32,000 nucleotides of DNA from Candidatus Saccharimonadota bacterium (GTDB lineage: Archaea; Nanobdellota; Nanobdellia; Pacearchaeales; GW2011-AR1): assembly GCA_049511795.1 (NCBI GenBank), contig JBEKXS010000001.1:180001-212000 (forward strand), read 5' to 3'. Positions within the stretch are counted from its first letter, which is position 1. Each line of letters starts with the position of its first letter. Below the pieces are notes generated by a model. That model made no database searches. It was not told where the DNA came from and worked only from the letters and a program-made list of their open reading frames with translations. Shown here one piece after another: positions 27,297-32,000 of the stretch. A program made the position numbers and the translations under genes.

Positions 27297-27826
27297 TAAA
27301 AGTTGGTGTTATTGGGACTCATGGAACAGGAAAAACTGTTATTTGCCATGAATTAGTTTCTGAATTAGGAAAATTAAGTATTCCTGTGGATTATGTAGGC
27401 GAAACTGCAAGAGAAGTTCCTAATGGATTGGTTATAAATGAAGGAACAACAAGAGAGACACAAGAATGGATTTTACATACTCAGATTGCTAAAGAGTTAG
27501 CGGCAAAAAGAGAGGCTGTTGTTATATGTGATAGAGCAACAATTGATAATTATGCATATCTTCAACGCCAATCTGGAGGAAATCTTATTTATGATGCAAT
27601 GATTAGGCATCACTTACCAAGTTACTCTTTGTTGTTAAAAGTTCCAATAAAACCAGAATACCTTACTGCAGATGGTGTTAGATCAATTAACCGGTTTTTT
27701 CAGGCAGAGATAGATAGCATTCTTGAAAAAACATTAACTGAATGGAATGTCCCTTTTACTCATTATACTACTAAAGAAGATGCAATAGATAGAATAATGA
27801 ATCTTCTTGAAGAGCAAAAAAAATGA
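27293..27826 (+). CDS. P-loop NTPase or kinase, AAA_28/NadR-kinase-like
   Basis: Walker A VIGTHGTGKT at the N-terminus. The small size, the VICDR (Walker B-like) motif and the overall layout resemble NadR-type ribosylnicotinamide-kinase-like ATPases. The substrate is unknown. Confidence 0.55.
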   Translation: MIKVGVIGTHGTGKTVICHELVSELGKLSIPVDYVGETAREVPNGLVINEGTTRETQEWILHTQIAKELAAKREAVVICDRATIDNYAYLQRQSGGNLIYDAMIRHHLPSYSLLLKVPIKPEYLTADGVRSINRFFQAEIDSILEKTLTEWNVPFTHYTTKEDAIDRIMNLLEEQKK

Positions 27827-28065
27827 CAACAAGCCACACACAACTGGGAAAAAATGGAGTAACGGAAAATTTCATCGAAACAATGAAAGATCATTTCAAG
27901 AACCATGACAATGTAAAGGTTTCTGTGCTGAAAAGCGCAGGGCACAGTAAGGAAGCCAATGAAAAATACAAGAATGAGATTCTTGAGAAAATGGGCGACC
28001 ATTATACAGCTAAAACAATGGGATTCACGATATTTGTAAAGAAATGGAGAAAGAAAGCAAGGTAA
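27823..28065 (+). CDS. YhbY/CRM-domain RNA-binding protein
   Basis: LGKNGVTENFIETMKDHFKNHDNVKVSVLK matches the CRS1-YhbY signature (iGKnGlt..v..ei...l..he.vKVkvl). Confidence 0.65.
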   Translation: MTTSHTQLGKNGVTENFIETMKDHFKNHDNVKVSVLKSAGHSKEANEKYKNEILEKMGDHYTAKTMGFTIFVKKWRKKAR

Positions 28066-28067
28066 AG

Positions 28068-28075
28068 TTTATAAA
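28068..28075 (+). promoter_or_regulatory. Candidate TATA box of the eS19 operon (tttataaa)
   Basis: Lies 3 nt after the yhbY-like stop and about 25-30 nt upstream of two leader hairpins (28101-28134). Confidence 0.35.
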
Positions 28076-28143
28076 CGAAAATCTGCCTTTAGTTTGGACT
28101 AACAGCCCAAGGCTGTTCTAATTCCGAAAGGAATGTCAATAAG

Positions 28144-28575
28144 ATGGAAAAAAACTCAGTTTACGAGATGAATCCTGGAGAATATAATTTAAAATTAGCA
28201 GAAGCTTTGAAAAAAATTCCTGAATTCAAAACGCCTGAATGGGTTGGATTTGTTAAGTCCAGTCCTTCAAAAGAAAGGCCTATTGATGAGCCTGATTTTT
28301 GGTACAAAAGAGCTGCAAGTGTTCTCAGGCAAATTTACAGAAACAAAACAATAGGTGTAAACAGGCTTAGAACAAGATATGGAAGCAAAAAGAACAGGGG
28401 AATGAAGCCAGAAAGATTCATGAAAGCTGGCGGAAAAATAATCCGTGTAATTCTTCAGCAATCTGACACTGCTGGTTTTACAGAAATAGTCAAAAAAATA
28501 AAAGGAGTAAGGGAGAAAAAGCCGGGAAGGCAGCTTACTGAAAAAGGAAGAAAGTTTTTGGAGGCAATACAATGA
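28144..28575 (+). CDS. rps19e: 30S ribosomal protein eS19
   Basis: LAEALKK...FK.PEWVGFVKSSPSKERP..EPDFWY.RAASVLRQIY...GV..LR..YG matches S19e. Confidence 0.85.
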   Translation: MEKNSVYEMNPGEYNLKLAEALKKIPEFKTPEWVGFVKSSPSKERPIDEPDFWYKRAASVLRQIYRNKTIGVNRLRTRYGSKKNRGMKPERFMKAGGKIIRVILQQSDTAGFTEIVKKIKGVREKKPGRQLTEKGRKFLEAIQ

Positions 28576-28760
28576 AAGACCTAGTCACATTAATGAAAGA
28601 TGAAAGTGCATCACTCAAAATGGGAGTGGCCATGGAATCTGATGAAGAGTGTGAAGACTGCCCTGAAGAATACTCTGCTACGGGAGTTTCTCATTATAGT
28701 CTAATGGTTGCATCTGGTCAATATGCTCAAAAAAGAGTAGAGATGGGGGAAGCTAAATAA
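28572..28760 (+). CDS. Hypothetical acidic 62-aa protein, translationally coupled to eS19
   Basis: ATGA start/stop overlap with rps19e. It ends 1 nt before rpl39e. It contains ECEDCPEE. No family recognised. Confidence 0.35.
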   Translation: MKDLVTLMKDESASLKMGVAMESDEECEDCPEEYSATGVSHYSLMVASGQYAQKRVEMGEAK

Positions 28761-28761
28761 A

Positions 28762-28965
28762 ATGGGAATAAAAAATCCTAGAAAAAAAGCAACACTTGCA
28801 AAGAAAGGAAGGCAGACAAAGTGGGCGCCTGTATGGGCTGTACTAAACAAATATGGACTGGGAAAAAGAGTGCATCCATCTGCAATGACAAGATACAGAA
28901 GATCATGGAGAAGAACAAAATTGCACATTAAACCAAGAAAACAGAGAAAATATCACTTTGGATAA
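28762..28965 (+). CDS. rpl39e: 50S ribosomal protein eL39 with a short basic C-terminal extension
   Basis: KKATLAKKGRQTKWAPVWAVLNK......HPSAMTRYRRSWRRTKL matches L39e (KK.rLAKa.kQn..vP.W...kt....hP..R.WRRtKL). Confidence 0.8.
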   Translation: MGIKNPRKKATLAKKGRQTKWAPVWAVLNKYGLGKRVHPSAMTRYRRSWRRTKLHIKPRKQRKYHFG

Positions 28966-28972
28966 ATAGAAA

Positions 28973-29632
28973 ATGGCAGAAGAAGAAACAAAAAAACAGG
29001 AAAAAATCGAAGAAAAGAAAGAAATGAAAATGGAAGAGAAGAAAACAGAAGCAAAAGTGGAAACAAAGTCAGAGAAAAAAGAAGAGAAAGCTGAAAAAAG
29101 GCAAGAAAAAGAATTCATAATACCATTAAGAAAAACATTCAGAAACACTGTCATATACAAAAGAACTCCAAAGGCAATCAGAACAATAAAGGAATTTCTT
29201 TTGAGACACATGAAATTCTATGATGGAAACTTGAACAGCGTAAAAATTGACAGATATCTGAATGAATTTATCTGGGCAAGAAGCATAAGGAATCCTCCTG
29301 CAAAAGTCAAGATTAAGGCTTTTGTCGACGGTGATTTCATAAGGGCAGAGCTTGCAGAATTCCCTGAAAGCTTGAAATTCAAGAAGCAAAGGATGGAAAA
29401 TAGGGAAAAGAAAGCAGAGACAGAAAAAGGAAAGAAGAAAGAGTCTGAAAAAACAGAGGAAGTCAAGGAAAAAACAGAAGAAGAAAAGAAGGAAGAGAAA
29501 GAAAAGAAATCAGCTGTTGTCGAGGCTGGAAAACAAATGGAAAAAACAACTGCAAAACAGGCAAAGCATCAAGTAAAGGGAGCGCCAAAGCAGCAGAAAA
29601 CACAGCCAAGGAGAATGGCATTGCAGAAGTAA
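28973..29632 (+). CDS. rpl31e: 50S ribosomal protein eL31 with K/E-rich N- and C-terminal extensions
   Basis: The core EFIIPLRKTFRNTVIYKRTPKAIRTIKEFLLRHMK......VKIDRYLNEFIWARSIRNPPAKVKIKA matches L31e. It follows eL39 in the conserved order. Confidence 0.8.
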   Translation: MAEEETKKQEKIEEKKEMKMEEKKTEAKVETKSEKKEEKAEKRQEKEFIIPLRKTFRNTVIYKRTPKAIRTIKEFLLRHMKFYDGNLNSVKIDRYLNEFIWARSIRNPPAKVKIKAFVDGDFIRAELAEFPESLKFKKQRMENREKKAETEKGKKKESEKTEEVKEKTEEEKKEEKEKKSAVVEAGKQMEKTTAKQAKHQVKGAPKQQKTQPRRMALQK

Positions 29633-29663
29633 AGTTTTATTAATTTCTAAATCAATTTATTTT

Positions 29664-29960
29664 ATGGAAAAAAAGGAAATTATTGAAGGTATTTTGTATA
29701 TGCTGCAGGGCGCAACTTCAAAATTTGATGGTAGGGGGTATAAATATTTACAAATTTTAGATTTTCTTAAAGCTAACAATGTTATTGTTAATAATTTAAG
29801 GGAAATTATAAAAGAAATTGAAGATAAGGGACTTATAGAAGAAAGGCACTTTGGAAAAGAGCATGATGATAGAGTTGATTATTCTATAGAACAAAAAGGA
29901 ATTGACTTAATAAAAAATAAGAGAAACGAATTGAGAAATAAATGGAAATTGCAGTATTAA
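29664..29960 (+). CDS. Hypothetical protein, possibly winged-helix (98 aa)
   Basis: ORF only, with a weak wHTH-like layout (YLQILDFLKANN...IKEIEDKGLIEE). Not verified. Confidence 0.3.
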   Translation: MEKKEIIEGILYMLQGATSKFDGRGYKYLQILDFLKANNVIVNNLREIIKEIEDKGLIEERHFGKEHDDRVDYSIEQKGIDLIKNKRNELRNKWKLQY

Positions 29961-29964
29961 GCTT

Positions 29965-30567
29965 TTATTTCAAAACCTTTCCTGTTTCTAGATACCAAAG
30001 ATAAAGGTCAAGTTCTCCAAGATTTGTATTTGTTTTTTTAGCAAGTTTGGACAAAATCTGCTCAATTTCAAGATATTTTTTTGGTGTTATTGTTTTCGGT
30101 TTCTCTATCATCTTGTTTTTCACTAAAAAATCAACAATATGGAAATCTACTATTGCATAATTATTGAAACCAATGTTTCTTAAGAAATGACTTGCTTCTT
30201 TCATGCCAAGCCCTTTTATGTTTTTTACAAGTTCTTCTCTTATATTTGAATCATTTATATTTAGTTTCTTGAAATTTTCTCTTGCCTGAAAAATATATTT
30301 TGACCGGACTGTATGAAACCTGTAAACTTCTTTCAATTTTTTCTGGATTTCTGCCTCATTTCCTGTAAAAAGCGTATCTCCAAGATAATTTATTGTTTTT
30401 ATCCCAAGTTCTGCGCTTGTGCCTGCTGTAAGTATGCAAAAAGCAAGTTCTCTGAAAAGGGAGTTGAAATCTCTCGGAATTGCTGAGAACTCATACATTC
30501 TTTTATTGACTTCTTTGCCTACATTGCTTTTTCTAAGCTGAGAAATTAAGTATGTTGTATTCTGCAT
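29965..30567 (-). CDS. HhH-GPD N-glycosylase/DNA lyase, archaeal Ogg2-like (8-oxoguanine glycosylase)
   Basis: About 200 aa, with IKGLGMKEASHFLRNIGF (HhH plus catalytic Lys) followed by AIVDFHI (Asp), as in Ogg2-type enzymes. Confidence 0.65.
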   Translation of the reverse strand: MQNTTYLISQLRKSNVGKEVNKRMYEFSAIPRDFNSLFRELAFCILTAGTSAELGIKTINYLGDTLFTGNEAEIQKKLKEVYRFHTVRSKYIFQARENFKKLNINDSNIREELVKNIKGLGMKEASHFLRNIGFNNYAIVDFHIVDFLVKNKMIEKPKTITPKKYLEIEQILSKLAKKTNTNLGELDLYLWYLETGKVLK

Positions 30568-30568
30568 T

Positions 30569-31186
30569 TTATTTTATCTTTTTTATTTTTTTAATAAGAG
30601 CATCTTTCTGTTTTCTGCTTGTGTGTGTTTTCCCAAAGCGAACAAGAGTTGAATTAACATGCCTCCAGTGTTTTTGTGGAAACAGGTTTTTTAAGTCTTG
30701 CTCTATTTTTTCAGGCTTTTTGTTTTTCGTCCAGCCGACTTTCTGAGAGATGTATGAAACATGAGTGTCAACACCGATTGAATCCTGGCCTATTTCAGAC
30801 AAAAATACATTTGCTGTCTTCCTTCCAACACCTGGAAGTTCAATAAGCTTTTCAAAATCATGTGGAACTTGGCTTTTATGATAAGAAACAAGCGCTTTAG
30901 CGCAGTTTATTATATTTTTTGATTTATTTCTGTAAAAATTTACTGGCTTGATTATTTTCTGGACACTTTGAATAGGAGCTTTTGCCAAACTGTTTGGATT
31001 TGGATATTTTTTGAACAATTTTTCGGCTACAGGAATTGTTACTTCATCCCTTGTCCTTGCTGACATAATTGTAGAAATGAGGATTTCATAATCACTCTTC
31101 CACGATTCTGCAGCAAGGCGTATTTCTCCGCCTTTTTTCCTGAAAGCATGAAGTTGTTTTAATGCTGTTTTCTGGTCCATTTTCAA
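30569..31186 (-). CDS. nth: Endonuclease III (Nth)-like HhH-GPD glycosylase lacking the C-terminal 4Fe-4S Cys cluster
   Basis: LISTIMSARTRDE, LPGVGRKTANVFL (catalytic Lys) and GVDTHV (Asp) are present. The C-terminus (LVRFGKTHTSRKQKD...) has no Cys residues. Confidence 0.8.
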   Translation of the reverse strand: MKMDQKTALKQLHAFRKKGGEIRLAAESWKSDYEILISTIMSARTRDEVTIPVAEKLFKKYPNPNSLAKAPIQSVQKIIKPVNFYRNKSKNIINCAKALVSYHKSQVPHDFEKLIELPGVGRKTANVFLSEIGQDSIGVDTHVSYISQKVGWTKNKKPEKIEQDLKNLFPQKHWRHVNSTLVRFGKTHTSRKQKDALIKKIKKIK

Positions 31187-31219
31187 TAGAATTTTAAATG
31201 GCTTGAATTTTTATAGTTT

Positions 31220-32000
31220 ATGAGTGTTAATAAAATTAAAATTGACCTTGAAAAAATAAAGGAAAAGAAGACAACAAAAGAACTGCTTGAATTCGGCATA
31301 ATAAATGTTGACAAGCCATCTGGACCAACAAGCTTTGATGTTTCTGAATTTGTCATGAAAGCACTTGGATTGAGAAAGACAAGTCATTTTGGAACACTTG
31401 ATCCAAAAGTTACAGGTGTTCTTCCTGTTGCATTGAACAGGGCATGCAAACTAACTGGTTTTTTCTTAGGAGAAGACAAAGAATATGTCGGCATTATGAG
31501 AATACATAAAGATATTTCTTTAGAAGAGTTAAAAAAAGCAATTAAAGAAAAGTTTTTGGGAAAAATAACCCAGCTTCCTCCTGTAAAATCAAGAGTGGCA
31601 CGTGTTTTCCGTGAAAGAGAAATAAAGAAATTCGAAATTTTGGAAAAAGACGGACAAAATTATCTTTTTCACGTTGAATGCCAAGGAGGAACATACATAA
31701 GAAAACTCGTCGATGATTTGGGAAAAGAACTTGGAGTAGGGGCGCATATGCTTGAGCTGAGAAGAATGAGAGCAGGAATTTTCAAGGAAGAAAAAAGCTA
31801 CACTCTTTACGAAATTGAAGAAGCTGCAAAAGACGAGAAAAAATTAAGGGAAATGATAATTCCTGGAGAAATTGTAAGCGAGCTGTATCCTGTTGTTCAG
31901 ATAAAAAAAGATGAAATGGAAAAAATACTTAGGGGACAACCGATTTATCAAGAAAATTTAACTGAAAAAAGCAATTTTAATAAAGGAACTAAAATAAGTG
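31220..32000 (+). CDS. cbf5: tRNA/rRNA pseudouridine synthase Cbf5 (TruB family), N-terminal part; the 3-prime end lies outside the window
   Basis: Hand translation is open from the ATG at 31220 to the window end. INVDKPSGPTSFDV and HFGTLDPKVTGVLPVAL (catalytic Asp motif) are present. Confidence 0.85.
   Translation, partial: MSVNKIKIDLEKIKEKKTTKELLEFGIINVDKPSGPTSFDVSEFVMKALGLRKTSHFGTLDPKVTGVLPVALNRACKLTGFFLGEDKEYVGIMRIHKDISLEELKKAIKEKFLGKITQLPPVKSRVARVFREREIKKFEILEKDGQNYLFHVECQGGTYIRKLVDDLGKELGVGAHMLELRRMRAGIFKEEKSYTLYEIEEAAKDEKKLREMIIPGEIVSELYPVVQIKKDEMEKILRGQPIYQENLTEKSNFNKGTKIS

Overview
Low-GC, gene-dense archaeal chromosome segment. By inference it comes from a reduced-genome, DPANN-like lineage: compact rRNAs, a small RNase P RNA, a form III-like RuBisCO and many small membrane proteins. 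Left to right: the exosome genes rrp41/rrp42 run directly into the conserved rpoK-enolase-uS2 cluster. Next are a few accessory or repair genes (FMN reductase, DedA, stand-alone LigD phosphoesterase, Zn-ribbon). A 16S-tRNA-Ala(UGC)-23S operon follows (about 7537-12440, no 5S) with recognisable promoter and processing-stem elements. Directly 3-prime of the operon lies what looks by eye like an AT-rich accessory island (12662-16570). It holds a beta-class N6/N4 DNA methyltransferase convergent with a nuclease-like ORF (putative type II R-M), a second orphan PD-(D/E)xK nuclease with HeH/SAP-like repeats, a 285-aa helical orphan and a tiny two-TM ORF. This island is the best candidate for an undescribed defence-type module. 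Downstream are a circularly permuted GTPase, an RHH-led small operon, many small membrane proteins, a histidine phosphatase, a bacterial-style RRM/RGG RNA-binding protein, RNase P RNA, tRNA-Phe and a pilin-like gene. Then come CysRS, a form III-like RuBisCO followed by NUDIX, stand-alone NFACT-R, a NadR-like P-loop protein and YhbY. The window ends with the eS19-eL39-eL31 cluster, two tandem HhH-GPD glycosylases (Ogg2-like and a Cys-less EndoIII) and the start of cbf5. All functional calls come from motif recognition by eye; no database search was run.
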